Shown: positions 29,669 to 41,132 of the stretch, piece by piece
Layout of the letters: the number at the start of each line of letters is the position of its first letter
Position numbering within the stretch: position 1 is the stretch's first letter
Source of the DNA: Vulcanimicrobiota bacterium
Lineage (GTDB): Bacteria; Vulcanimicrobiota; Vulcanimicrobiia; Vulcanimicrobiales; Vulcanimicrobiaceae
Assembly: GCA_963833095.1 (NCBI GenBank)
Contig: CAWHWQ010000005.1
Span: 224,001-288,000 of the forward strand
Length of the DNA: 64,000 bases
Direction: 5' to 3'
Translations under genes and position numbers: made by a program
The notes under the pieces: model-generated
The model's database searches: none
What the model was told of the DNA's origin: nothing
Seen by the model: only the letters and a program-made list of their open reading frames with translations

Positions 29669-30966
29669 ATGAGCGACGGACATCGTCATGAGTGCGGGAG
29701 CTTTTTCGGTTGTGGTGAGGAGCAGGGCCAGGGCGTGCTGCGCCAAGACCTGGTGGAGCGCTCGTACGACGCGCGGGCCGCGGACCGTCTCACCCATATG
29801 GACGAGATCGATCGCGGAACGTTCGACGGTTATTTGACGGCGCGGGGACGCTCGCGGCGCGACCTTTTGAAATCGAGCGCATTCATGGGGGTGCTCGCGG
29901 CGATCGGACCCTGGTTTGCGCGGCCGGCGATTGCCGCCGACGGGGGCGGCCCCCGTCGCGGCGCGTAGCCGAAGGCGACGGCCGCGTGCACGTGGTCGAA
30001 TGCACCGATGAAACGACCAAACTCGGGATCTACGATACGACCTTGCCGCCGATCCTCAAAATCGATTCCGGGGACGTCGTCAGTTACCGCAATACGTGGT
30101 CGCATTTCCTCAATCAATTGCAACCCGGTGTGCCGATCGAGAAACTCGCCGCGATTCGCGTCGCCAATCCAGGGCACGGTCCGCACTCCATCATCGGACC
30201 GATCTGGGTGAACGACGCGCAGCCCGGCGACGTGCTCGAGATCCGCTACCAGCGATTCGAGCCGAACAGCTGGGCCGCCGTCTTCAATAATCCAGGGGCA
30301 CTCGGGACGGGACTCCTGCCCACCGATTTCCCGCAAGGTCAAGTCAAATACGTCGATCTAGATTTGACGAACATGCGCACCGAGTTTCTCCCCAACATTC
30401 ACGTGCCTCTCAAACCCTTTCAGGGGACGCTCGGGGTCGCGCCACCCGACGGATATTTTCCACCGCTGCGACCCGGGGTCACGAATTCGGTGCCGCCCGG
30501 ACCGCACGGCGGGAACACCGACCTCAACGAGATGTCGGAAGGCTCGATCATGTACATCCCGGTGTGGAAACCGGGCGCCCTCATCTTCACCGGCGACTCG
30601 CACGCGGTGCAAGGCGACGGCGAAATCAATCTGAGCGCGCTGGAAACGGGGATGAAGGAAATGCGCATTCAGGTGGTGCTGCACAAGAATAAGAACTTCG
30701 CATGGCCGATCGCCGAAACGTCGACGCACTGGATGATCCTCGGGTTGGATAAGGATCTCAACGTGGCGATGGCCTCGGCTGCGCGCAACGCGATCAAGTT
30801 CCTCTCAACGCGCGCGAACATGACCGAGCTCGATGCTTATGCGTTGCTCAGCATCGCAGGTAACTTCCGCGTCACGCAAGTGGTCGACATCGTGCGCGGC
30901 GTGCACGCGATGATTCCGAAGAGCCTGTTTGCAGCCGACTTTAAGCCGCACATCACCGTGGTGTAG
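29669..30966 (+). CDS. Acetamidase/formamidase family protein with twin-arginine-like signal; one frameshift near 29941-29960
   Basis: AGGAGG RBS before ATG 29669; SRRDLLK motif. The second frame has GPH-IIGPI, PGDVLEI, GGNTD and GDSHAVQGDGEI. Confidence 0.85.
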
Positions 30967-30982
30967 TTCGATCGATATTTTG

Positions 30983-31375
30983 ATGATGCTCGCGCACTAT
31001 CTCGTCGGGACGTGGAATTGCACGTATCGCGCGGGAGCAGCACACTTGACCTACACTGCCATCTACGCGCACGATCGCGGCGGTCACACCTTGCGGGAGA
31101 CGGCTTCCTGGACGGGCGGCGGCGACGAAGAGTTACTGGCGTATGATGCGCGCCACCATGCCTGGACGGCGGTCGTGTTCGAAGACCAAGGAACGACCAC
31201 GATCCTGCGCGCGAGCGGCAGCAATCCAAACAAGATCGCCTACCGCAGCATCTACCCCGACAAGAGCCTCGCCGTAACGTTCGATCGCGTCTCGGCGAGG
31301 GAGTACACGCTGCACGCAACGGTACGCTCAGGTAGCAAGACGATCACGTCCATCGATACTTGTTCGCGCCGCTAG
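30983..31375 (+). CDS. Hypothetical protein (beta-rich; LVGTWNC...C pair)
   Basis: ORF directly downstream of the acetamidase with plausible composition. Confidence 0.55.
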   Translation: MMLAHYLVGTWNCTYRAGAAHLTYTAIYAHDRGGHTLRETASWTGGGDEELLAYDARHHAWTAVVFEDQGTTTILRASGSNPNKIAYRSIYPDKSLAVTFDRVSAREYTLHATVRSGSKTITSIDTCSRR

Positions 31376-32247
31376 CCGCCAAAAAACTCGATGAAGTGAC
31401 GCGCCACGTCGGCCGGCTTCTCTTCGGGTAAGAAGTGGCCGCAGTCGAGTGCTTCGCCCCGCACGTCGTCGGCCCAGCCGCGCCAGATTTCGAGGAAATC
31501 CCAGGGCTTTCGCAGCCGGGATGTCCCCCAAAGGGTGAGCAGCGGAGCCGCAATTTTGCGCGTCCCGCGGTCGGCGAGATCGTTTTCCGAATCGATCGTT
31601 GCGCCGGCGCGATAGTCGGCGCAGGTCGCGGCAATTACGGCGGGATCGTGAAATGCGCGCCGGTATTCGGCCATCGCTTCGGCATTGAACGCAACGTTCG
31701 GTCCAGCCCAAGCCGGCGCCATCCGATCGAGCCACAGGTCCGGATCGGCGGCAATCATACGCGCGGGCAAATCCGAGGCCAGCGCGAGAAAGAACCAATG
31801 AAACGATCCAACGCCACTTTGACGGTCGAGCCGCTCGAAGGTCTCAATCGTCGGCACGATATCGAGCACCGCAATTTTGGTTACGCGCTGCGGATGATCG
31901 AGCGCCATACGATACGCAGCGCGTCCGCCGCGATCGTGCCCCGCCACGGCGAATCGTTCGAATCCAAGCGATGACATCGCACTGACGATCGCAGCGGCCA
32001 TCGCGCGCTTCGTATACGGTTGCAGCGACGCATCCGCGGGAGGCTTGCCGCTTGCGCCATAGCCTGGCAGATCGAAGGCGATAACCGTAAAGTGCCGCGC
32101 GAGATCCGCGACAACGGCGTGCCAGCAGAGATGCGTCTGCGGGTACCCATGCAACAGCACCAGCGGCGGTCCCGAGCCACCGATTGCGGCGAAAAGGTTA
32201 CCAAAAGGCACCCGGACAGTGCGTCTCTCAAAGCCCTCGAACAACAC
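31372..32247 (-). CDS. Alpha/beta hydrolase, haloacetate dehalogenase-like
   Basis: LLHGYPQTH, GHDRGGR and CGHFLPEE motifs; AAGGAG RBS before GTG 32247. Confidence 0.9.
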   Translation of the reverse strand: MLFEGFERRTVRVPFGNLFAAIGGSGPPLVLLHGYPQTHLCWHAVVADLARHFTVIAFDLPGYGASGKPPADASLQPYTKRAMAAAIVSAMSSLGFERFAVAGHDRGGRAAYRMALDHPQRVTKIAVLDIVPTIETFERLDRQSGVGSFHWFFLALASDLPARMIAADPDLWLDRMAPAWAGPNVAFNAEAMAEYRRAFHDPAVIAATCADYRAGATIDSENDLADRGTRKIAAPLLTLWGTSRLRKPWDFLEIWRGWADDVRGEALDCGHFLPEEKPADVARHFIEFFGG

Positions 32248-32321
32248 GATGTTCTCCTTTGCCAGGAAGCCCACGCGGATGTACGCAAACACGAAACGAC
32301 GGAAGGGAGAGTACCGAATAT

Positions 32322-32696
32322 ATGAGACACTTTGCACTAACAGTGTTGGCTTGCCTTTTCATCGTCGCAAGCACCAACGTTACTCTCGCCCAAACCCCCA
32401 GGTACACGTTCACTGTTTTTAATTACACCAACGACGCCTGGGCCTGGGTAACGATATACACGAACGGCAGCAGTGGCATCGCCGAGCATTTTTGCGTAAA
32501 TCCGGGGCAGCGGTGGAACGGTATGGTCACGAATGGCAAGCAGGCGAGGCAGCGCTTTGAGGTGACCGCGAACGCGGGCTGCCGCCATCCCGTGCTGGCC
32601 GATTTTTGGAAAAACGCTGCGGATAGAGCCTGGATTTGCGGCAATCGAAAAAACGGCTACTCCATCATCCAACACGGCTCGAATTGTAATCGCTGA
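32322..32696 (+). CDS. Hypothetical secreted Cys-containing protein
   Basis: Signal peptide MRHFALTVLACLFIV; four Cys in the mature part; lower GC. Confidence 0.65.
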   Translation: MRHFALTVLACLFIVASTNVTLAQTPRYTFTVFNYTNDAWAWVTIYTNGSSGIAEHFCVNPGQRWNGMVTNGKQARQRFEVTANAGCRHPVLADFWKNAADRAWICGNRKNGYSIIQHGSNCNR

Positions 32697-32720
32697 CGTT
32701 GACAGGGCGCCTATCGACGA

Positions 32721-32750
32721 AAACGCTCCACCCGTAGGGGTGGAGCGTTT
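32721..32750. terminator. Bidirectional intrinsic terminator downstream of tmRNA
   Basis: AAACGCTCCACCC-GTAG-GGGTGGAGCGTTT, a perfect stem with A/T ends. Confidence 0.85.
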
Positions 32751-32755
32751 GTAAT

Positions 32756-33109
32756 TGGTGGAGCTGTCGGGGTACTGCCCCCCGAGTCCGAAAAGCCTAA
32801 CCGGCGCATTCTCCAAGCTCAGCTTTGACTTTGACTTACTCGGACGGACGTCTCAAAGCGGGACTTACCGTACGCAGCAGATCCTTGATCTCGTACGTGC
32901 GTCGAATCACGCGCATGTACCAGCCCGAGTTTATGGCCGGAGTGCAGAGCGGTTCGGGCCGACTCTCTGCGTCCGGTAGCTAACTTAGATTAAGCAGCTA
33001 GTGCGTATTCGTTGTTGGCAGTTAAGCCGTTGCGATCGTTTTAGGAGAGCTCGCAACTCCGCTTGCTAACGCCGACCACGGATCTCCTCGTCGAGCCTAG
33101 TTCAGCCCC
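32756..33109 (-). ncRNA. ssrA: tmRNA; tag peptide ANNEYALAA encoded at 33019-32990
   Basis: 5' GGGGCTGAA...CTCGAC, 3' ...CAGCTCCACCA acceptor stem; TAACT-GCC resume context; 354 nt. Confidence 0.96.
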
Positions 33110-33135
33110 TCGATTTCGGCCGTGACCGAACACCC

Positions 33136-33144
33136 ACTATAACA
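33136..33144 (-). promoter_or_regulatory. Extended -10 promoter for ssrA
   Basis: TGtTATAGT on the minus strand, about 27 nt upstream of the mature 5' end. Confidence 0.55.
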
Positions 33145-33163
33145 CAGCTGGCAAGAGGCTCGG

Positions 33164-33925
33164 TTACATGCTCTGGCGCAAGCGCGCGAGCGTGGCGTCG
33201 TCGGTCCGATCGATCGTGATCGGCGTGACGCTGGCGTAGCCATCGCGGAGGGCGGCCAAATCGCTGCCCTCTTCGATCTTGTCGGCGTTGTGGCTGCCCC
33301 AAATCCAGACGTAGGTCTCGCCGCGCGGATCGAGGCGGCGATCGGTGCGGTCGCGATAGCGCTTGCGCGCCTGCGAGGTGAACGTCACGCCGCGCAAGAG
33401 AGCCGGCTCGACGTTGGGCACATTGAGATTGAGCAGCGTGGTCGCGGGCAAGTTGAAGCTGTGCGCTTTTGCGGCGAGTTCGACGGCGCAGCGCGCGGCG
33501 GTCTGCCACTGCGGCTCGTCATCGGAAATCGGCCAAGAAATCGCCAGCGAAACCGCGATCGCCGGCACGCCGACGAGAAGCGACTCATTGGCTGCCGCGA
33601 TCGTTCCCGAATAGGTGATGTCGTCGCCCGCGTTGGCACCGCGGTTGATGCCACTCACCACCAAGTCCGGCAGCGTCTTGAAGATCTCGTAGGATCCGAC
33701 GACGACGCAATCCGCCGGCGTTCCGAAACAGACGTAGGTCGGCACGGGACGTCCGCGCAGCTCGCGCAGGCGCACCGGAGAATGGATCGACAGCGAATGC
33801 GCGACGCCGCTACGATCGCCGTCGGGTGCAACCACGACAACGTCGCCGAGCTCGCGCAGCGCCTGCGCGAGCACGGTGATGCCCGGGCTCTCAACGCCGT
33901 CGTCGTTGGTGACCAGAATGCGCAG
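33164..33925 (-). CDS. surE: 5'/3'-nucleotidase SurE (apparent CTG start)
   Basis: LRILVTNDDG, GTPADCV, SGINRGAN and YSGT motifs. Confidence 0.94.
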   Translation of the reverse strand: MRILVTNDDGVESPGITVLAQALRELGDVVVVAPDGDRSGVAHSLSIHSPVRLRELRGRPVPTYVCFGTPADCVVVGSYEIFKTLPDLVVSGINRGANAGDDITYSGTIAAANESLLVGVPAIAVSLAISWPISDDEPQWQTAARCAVELAAKAHSFNLPATTLLNLNVPNVEPALLRGVTFTSQARKRYRDRTDRRLDPRGETYVWIWGSHNADKIEEGSDLAALRDGYASVTPITIDRTDDATLARLRQSM

Positions 33926-33926
33926 T

Positions 33927-34289
33927 TTAGGCTTCCGAGCGAGTCAACGGTGCCGTAACGAAGATCGAGATCAGCATCATCACGAGCGAACCAACCAGCG
34001 TCGATTCCCATACCGGCCACGGCACACCGGTGGCTTTGAAGCCCGGCGAGAGCCAAACCGCAAGCGCAAAGAGCCCCCAGTTGATGACGATCGAGAATAG
34101 TCCGATCGTCAAGATGGTAATCGGCAACGAGATCAGTTTGAGGATCGGGCCGATGATCGCATTGACCAGGCCGAAGATGATCGCAGCAATTAAGGCATCG
34201 ACCCACGAGTTCATGTGAAAACCCGGGACGTACATCGCGACTGCCCATAGGGCGGCTGCGGTGATCAGAAAGCGAAGCAACCAGTGCAT
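33927..34289 (-). CDS. 4-TM phage holin family (YvlD-like) membrane protein
   Basis: GLVNAIIGPILKLISLPITILTIGLF..VIN motif. Confidence 0.85.
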   Translation of the reverse strand: MHWLLRFLITAAALWAVAMYVPGFHMNSWVDALIAAIIFGLVNAIIGPILKLISLPITILTIGLFSIVINWGLFALAVWLSPGFKATGVPWPVWESTLVGSLVMMLISIFVTAPLTRSEA

Positions 34290-36282
<1,993 letters not shown>

Positions 36283-36286
<4 letters not shown>

Positions 36287-36894
36287 CGTCTCCGCGCTGA
36301 CGCATGACAATCCAGACTACCACGATCGCCGCGACGAGGGCCAGCAGCAGCGACGATCAGTCCCGCCTTATGGATGAGCGGAAGATCACGTCGAGATGGT
36401 CGCCCGAGCGCTACGCCGAGCCACACGAGCCCGCCGCAGAAGACCACCGAGCCAAGCACGTCCAAAGGTAGAAATGCATCAGATTCATCTCGCGCCATAC
36501 CCGCCGGAATCGAGATGATCCCGCGGATCACCGGGACGAAGCGGCAGACAAAGATCGCGAAGCTGCCATAGCGTTCGAAGAACCCGTGCACGCGGTCGAG
36601 TTGCTCGTGCGTGAGATGCACGTACCGCCCGAACCGGTCGACCAACGGCCGTCCGCCGAAGCGCCCGACCGCGTAACCGATCGATTCCGCCGCCGAGTTC
36701 GCCCGCCACCGCGACCACAATAGTCGAGCCAGAGGTAGGGAAGATGCCCCGTTGCGGCCAGCGCACCAGCTAGCGGCATGAGCGATCTCGGCGCCGACCG
36801 GCGCTCCGATATTCCCCAGGACCATCACGATGAAGAGTCCGCAATACCCGTAGTGATCGATCAGCGAAATGGCGATCTGCTGAAAATGCTCCAC
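36283..36894 (-). CDS. DedA family membrane protein (frameshifted)
   Basis: [17 protein letters not shown] and [15 protein letters not shown] motifs. Confidence 0.85.
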
Positions 36895-36912
36895 AGGCTC
36901 TAGTGTACCTAG

Positions 36913-37313
36913 CTACTCGCGGCGGAGTTTCGGACGCCGCTGCGCCGCAGAATCTCGGCGGCCAGGCTTCCGCCTTCGGCCCGGAGCGCTCGCAGCAGGT
37001 GCGACCGGCTCGACGTGCGGCGTCACCCGCATAGCCCTCGGCGAGGATAATGATTTTACGCACGCGCGGCGTCACCAGGATTCCTTCCCACAAGCGATCC
37101 TCGCCGGCGCCCAAGATGACGCCGCACGTCGGCGTGCAACTCGCGCACGTCGATACCATCGGCGTCAAGGTCGTGCGAGAATTGCGGGTCGCGTTCTTCG
37201 AGCAGCGCCACCATCAGGTGCTCGGCACCGACGTAATAATGGTTGTGGTTACGGCATTCTTGTTCGGCAACGCGCAAGACGCGTAGCGAGGCCTGACCGA
37301 ATCTCTCGAACAA
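36913..37313 (-). CDS. Clp protease N-terminal domain protein (frameshifted; end approximate)
   Basis: MFERF...AEQEC...HYYVGAEHLMVALL, then TPRVRKII in another frame. Confidence 0.75.
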
Positions 37314-37332
37314 CGCAAGACCTTAGTGGGAG

Positions 37333-37409
37333 TGGTCGGGGCGACTGGATTCGAACCAGCGACCTCTTCGTCCCGAACGAAGCGCTCTACCAAGCTGAGC
37401 CACGCCCCG
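37333..37409 (-). tRNA. tRNA-Pro(CGG)
   Basis: CGGGGCGTGGCTCAGCTTGGTAGAGCGCTTCG-TTCGGGA-CGAAGAGGTCGCTGGTTCGAATCCAGTCGCCCCGACCA; 77 nt with encoded CCA. Confidence 0.97.
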
Positions 37410-37514
37410 ACAAAACTCCCGTCTATTCTTACCTTCGGCCGCCCCTCCTGCTTTGGCGAGCGGGCTCCCAATCAAGGGGAAAAGCCCGCCTCTTGGGAAC
37501 GCTCTTCCTCGTCC

Positions 37515-38184
37515 ATGCGATATCTCATCGTCGGGTGCGGACGCGTCGGCTCCGCACTTGCGAAACTCCTCGATGCCGACGGCCACGAAGTGATCGTCGT
37601 CGACGAGAACCCCACCGCCTTCAAACGTCTCGGAACCAATTTCCGCGGCCATGTCGTGGTCGGTACCGGTATCGACTACGACGTGCTCAAGCGAGCGGGC
37701 GCATCCACCGCGGACGGCTTCGTCGCGGTGACCGACGGCGACAACCGCAACATCATGGCCGCGCTCATCGCGCAGCGGATGTTCAAAATCGAGCGAGTCG
37801 TCTGCCGCATCTACGATCCGCCGCGCGGTCAGATGTACCGCGAGCTTGGCATCCAGACGGTCGTTCCGACCACAGTCGGCGCCAAGATGATTCGCGACAC
37901 CTTGATGCAAGCGCCGTGGGATCCGGTTCATACCTTTGACTTCGGCAAGGTCACCTCGCTCTCGGCAACGGTTCCGCCCGAGCGAAGCCGGTAAGAGCAT
38001 TGGCGAAATCGAACGGCCCGGACGCATTCGCGTCGCCGCGATCCGCCGCGAAAGTTCCGGCGTGATGGTCGCCTCAAACGATCTGGTACTCGAAGAGGGC
38101 GATCAGATCAACGCGATCGTCGCACCCGAAGCGATCAGCGAGTTTGCAAAAATGTTTGCCGGTTGTTCACGCCGAGGCAGTTAA
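37515..38184 (+). CDS. trkA: TrkA/KtrA-family RCK protein (frameshift near 37980)
   Basis: IVGCGRVG Rossmann motif, TDGDNRN; the TrkA-C portion continues in another frame. Confidence 0.88.
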
Positions 38185-38190
38185 CGCATA

Positions 38191-38889
38191 GTGTTCATTC
38201 TCATCGTCGGCGGCGGCAAAGTCGGATCCTATCTGACCCGCGCGCTACTCCAGCAACATCACGAAGTCGTCGTCGTCGAAAAATACGACAAGAAAGCCAA
38301 ACAGCTCGACACGCTGGTCGATCGCCAAGTCACCATGCTCGGCGACGGATGCGATCCGATGGTGCTCGAAGCCGCCGGCGTCGCGCGCGCCGACGTCGTC
38401 GTCGCCGATACCGGTGATGACGAAGACAATTTGGTCGTCATCTTGCTGACCAAAAAGAAATCGAAGGCCCGCTGTATCGCGCGCGTCAACAACCCGCGTA
38501 ACAGGCAGATCTTCGAATCGCTCGATCCGGCCGATCCGGTGACCGTGATCTCCTCGACCGAGATCATCCTCGACGTGCTCAACGAACATGTCAACGCGTC
38601 GAGCTACACGGCGGCACTCGAGACGATGCACCTCTTTGGCAAAGGCAATCTGAGCCTGGTGCGCATCAGCGTGCCGGCCGGGTCACCGGTCGCCGACAAA
38701 CCGCTGTGCGATCTCAACCTGCCCCGTAACAGCGTGATCGTCGCGATCGAGCGCGACAACGACGAGAGCATCGTGATCCCCACCGGTGATACGCAGCTGC
38801 ACGCCGGCGATCGCATCGTCGCGGTCGTAAAGAACGGCGCCGCCGAGAAACTCCAAGCCGTCTTCAACGCCCCCGCAATAGCGAAGTAA
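38191..38889 (+). CDS. trkA: TrkA/KtrA-family RCK protein
   Basis: IVGGGKVG, TGDDEDNL, ARVNNP motifs and a TrkA-C domain. Confidence 0.92.
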   Translation: MFILIVGGGKVGSYLTRALLQQHHEVVVVEKYDKKAKQLDTLVDRQVTMLGDGCDPMVLEAAGVARADVVVADTGDDEDNLVVILLTKKKSKARCIARVNNPRNRQIFESLDPADPVTVISSTEIILDVLNEHVNASSYTAALETMHLFGKGNLSLVRISVPAGSPVADKPLCDLNLPRNSVIVAIERDNDESIVIPTGDTQLHAGDRIVAVVKNGAAEKLQAVFNAPAIAK

Positions 38890-38904
38890 CGCTAAGGGTG
38901 ACAA

Positions 38905-39540
38905 TCAGATAAAGCCCTTGCGTAGTGCGACGACGGCGGCTTGGGTGCGGTCGGCGGCGGAGAGTTTCTCGAGAATGTCGCGGATGTGCCCCTTCACCGT
39001 ACCGAGACCGATGTTGAGGATCGAAGCGATCTCGGTGTTGGCTTTGCCCTCAGCGATAAGGCGCAGGACGTCCGATTCGCGTGGTGTAAGCGGCGAACTC
39101 TGATTGACCGTCGCCAGGCGCGGCGAGAAGCGCGCGAGCACGACATGCGCGATCTGTGGATCGAAATATGCCCCGCCTTCGCTTGCAATGCGGACCGCGT
39201 CGATGAGCGTCGACGCCGGTGACGACTTGAGGCAGTAAGCGTCCGCACCAGCGGCGAGCGCCGCGAGCACTTCATCCTCGACATCGATCATCGTCACGAT
39301 CACCACGTGCGTTCCGGGCACGTCAGCGCGAATGCGCTGCGTGAGTGCGATCCCGTCCATACCGGGAAGGCCGAGGTCGACCACGGCGACGTCGGGCCGA
39401 TCGCGCGCCACCAGTTCGTAACCGCTGACGCCGTCGGGTGCTTCGCCTACAACGTCGAATGCCGTTTGCAACGCCGTTTTCATGCCCTCTCGCGTGAGTG
39501 CATGATCCTCAACGATCGCGACCCGTATCCGCCCGCTCAC
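38905..39540 (-). CDS. NarL/LuxR-family response regulator
   Basis: VEDH, DLGLPGMDG and the HTH LTPRE...TVKGH...DRTQAA. Confidence 0.93.
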   Translation of the reverse strand: MSGRIRVAIVEDHALTREGMKTALQTAFDVVGEAPDGVSGYELVARDRPDVAVVDLGLPGMDGIALTQRIRADVPGTHVVIVTMIDVEDEVLAALAAGADAYCLKSSPASTLIDAVRIASEGGAYFDPQIAHVVLARFSPRLATVNQSSPLTPRESDVLRLIAEGKANTEIASILNIGLGTVKGHIRDILEKLSAADRTQAAVVALRKGFI

Positions 39541-41111
39541 GTCGTGCTTCCGTGTTTTGCAAGTGGCAGCTCGACGAAGAAAAGGCTGCCGCGTTCGTCG
39601 CGCGGTTGATATCCGGCGCGGCCGCCGTATTTTTCCGCGATCCGTCTGACGATGTAGAGCCCAAGCCCCGTTCCACCGCCCGCCCGCACGCCGCCAAAGC
39701 GTTGAAAGAGCGCGTCGCGGCGCTCAAGGGGAACCCCGTAGCCGTCATCGATAACTGCGATCGTAAGCACGCCGTCGCGCACCGCAGCTTCAACCTTCAC
39801 GCGGCCCTCCGCCGGGGTTGCTTCGATCGCATTGGCAACCAGATTCGTGAGGGCACGGCCAATCTCGTCTTCGTCCGCGTCGATGGCCGCATCCGCTGGA
39901 ACTGATTGCACCGTCAGCACCACCCCCTTAGCCTGAGCGACCGGTTGCAACTCCGCCGTCACTCGTTGGATCAGCGGCGCGATCTCCTCGCGCCGGGATC
40001 GGTGCGAGTCCTCGCCCGACTCATATCGCGCTACCAACAACAGCGTCTCGACCAAACGGCGCAGACTCGCCGTCGACACGCGGGTCGTCTCAAGGATGTG
40101 TTTATAGCGCTCGGGGAGATCGCCATATGCGCCATCGAGGGCTTGACTCATAGTGACATCGGCTGCCACCAGCGGCGTCCGTAAATCGTGAGCGAGCGCA
40201 TACACGATGTCGCGAATAACGTCACTGCGATCTTGCAACTCGCTACGACCGCGCAGAATCTCCTCGTTCTGCTCCGCCAGTCGGATGAATAGGCGCCCCT
40301 GCTGAAGCGCGACAGCTAGGTTGTCGGCGAAATCTTGGACCGCCTCTTGTTCGTCCGGTGACGGTGTGCGCGGGCCCCAGCCGATGACCAGCGCCACGAG
40401 GCCATTGTCGAGTTCGACGGTCGCCGCCGTCACCGATCCGCGCAACATGCTGGCCAGCGGATCGTTGACGCCAACCGTTACCGCGCGGCCGCGCGAACGC
40501 GCATTTTCGATCACCGACGCGAGTTCTGGAGCGAGCGGCTCACGTTTGAGCGTCACGTCGCCGTCTACCGCTTCGTACAAATCGGGCACGTCGAGCGAGG
40601 TCGCTCGCGTCACTAAGAGCACGCTCGATGCCGCCGTGATGCGCTTGGCCTCACGCACCGCGTTGCGCATTACGACTTCGGTATTCAAACTCGCGCGCAC
40701 TTGCTCCATCGCGCGGCGCAGAGCGCGCTCACGTTCAAATTGGCGCTCGCGCTCGGCGCTTTCACCGGCGCGTCGCGCGCTCTGCTGGGCGCGCAGCGTC
40801 AACGTTCCGACGAGCAGAAAGCTTGCCGCCAGCAGCAAGCGATCGCCGACGGCGATCGTGTCCCAATGGTGCCCCGCGACAAGACCGTTGGTGTATCCCG
40901 CGACGATGTTCGCGATTTCCGCCAGCACCACGAGCCGAATCGTGAGCGAGGGACGCAATGCAAGCGCCGAAAGCGCAATCGGTCCGTTGAGCAAAATCGC
41001 TGCGACAAAAAGCTGCGGCGTGATGAGATCGATGACCCACGCAACCAGCAAGAGCGCGTAGCAGAGAGCGACCATTCCTATGCCGCTTCGCGCAGCGGGG
41101 ACCCCGTTCAT
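39537..41111 (-). CDS. Membrane sensor histidine kinase (about 4 TM, GAF-like, HisKA, HATPase)
   Basis: LAHDLRTPL, NLVANAI, DDGYG and GTGLGLYI motifs. Start taken at ATG 41111. Confidence 0.9.
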   Translation of the reverse strand: MNGVPAARSGIGMVALCYALLLVAWVIDLITPQLFVAAILLNGPIALSALALRPSLTIRLVVLAEIANIVAGYTNGLVAGHHWDTIAVGDRLLLAASFLLVGTLTLRAQQSARRAGESAERERQFERERALRRAMEQVRASLNTEVVMRNAVREAKRITAASSVLLVTRATSLDVPDLYEAVDGDVTLKREPLAPELASVIENARSRGRAVTVGVNDPLASMLRGSVTAATVELDNGLVALVIGWGPRTPSPDEQEAVQDFADNLAVALQQGRLFIRLAEQNEEILRGRSELQDRSDVIRDIVYALAHDLRTPLVAADVTMSQALDGAYGDLPERYKHILETTRVSTASLRRLVETLLLVARYESGEDSHRSRREEIAPLIQRVTAELQPVAQAKGVVLTVQSVPADAAIDADEDEIGRALTNLVANAIEATPAEGRVKVEAAVRDGVLTIAVIDDGYGVPLERRDALFQRFGGVRAGGGTGLGLYIVRRIAEKYGGRAGYQPRDERGSLFFVELPLAKHGSTT

Positions 41112-41132
41112 TTTGACGAACCGGCCCGGTCC

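Noticed and set aside
33927..34289. Holin-family gene as evidence of a prophage
   Set aside because: This 4-TM family is commonly chromosomal, and no phage genes are nearby.
37333..37409. tRNA-Pro as an integration site for the K+ cluster
   Set aside because: The cluster lies on the tRNA 5' side; no integrase or duplicated tRNA 3' end was found.
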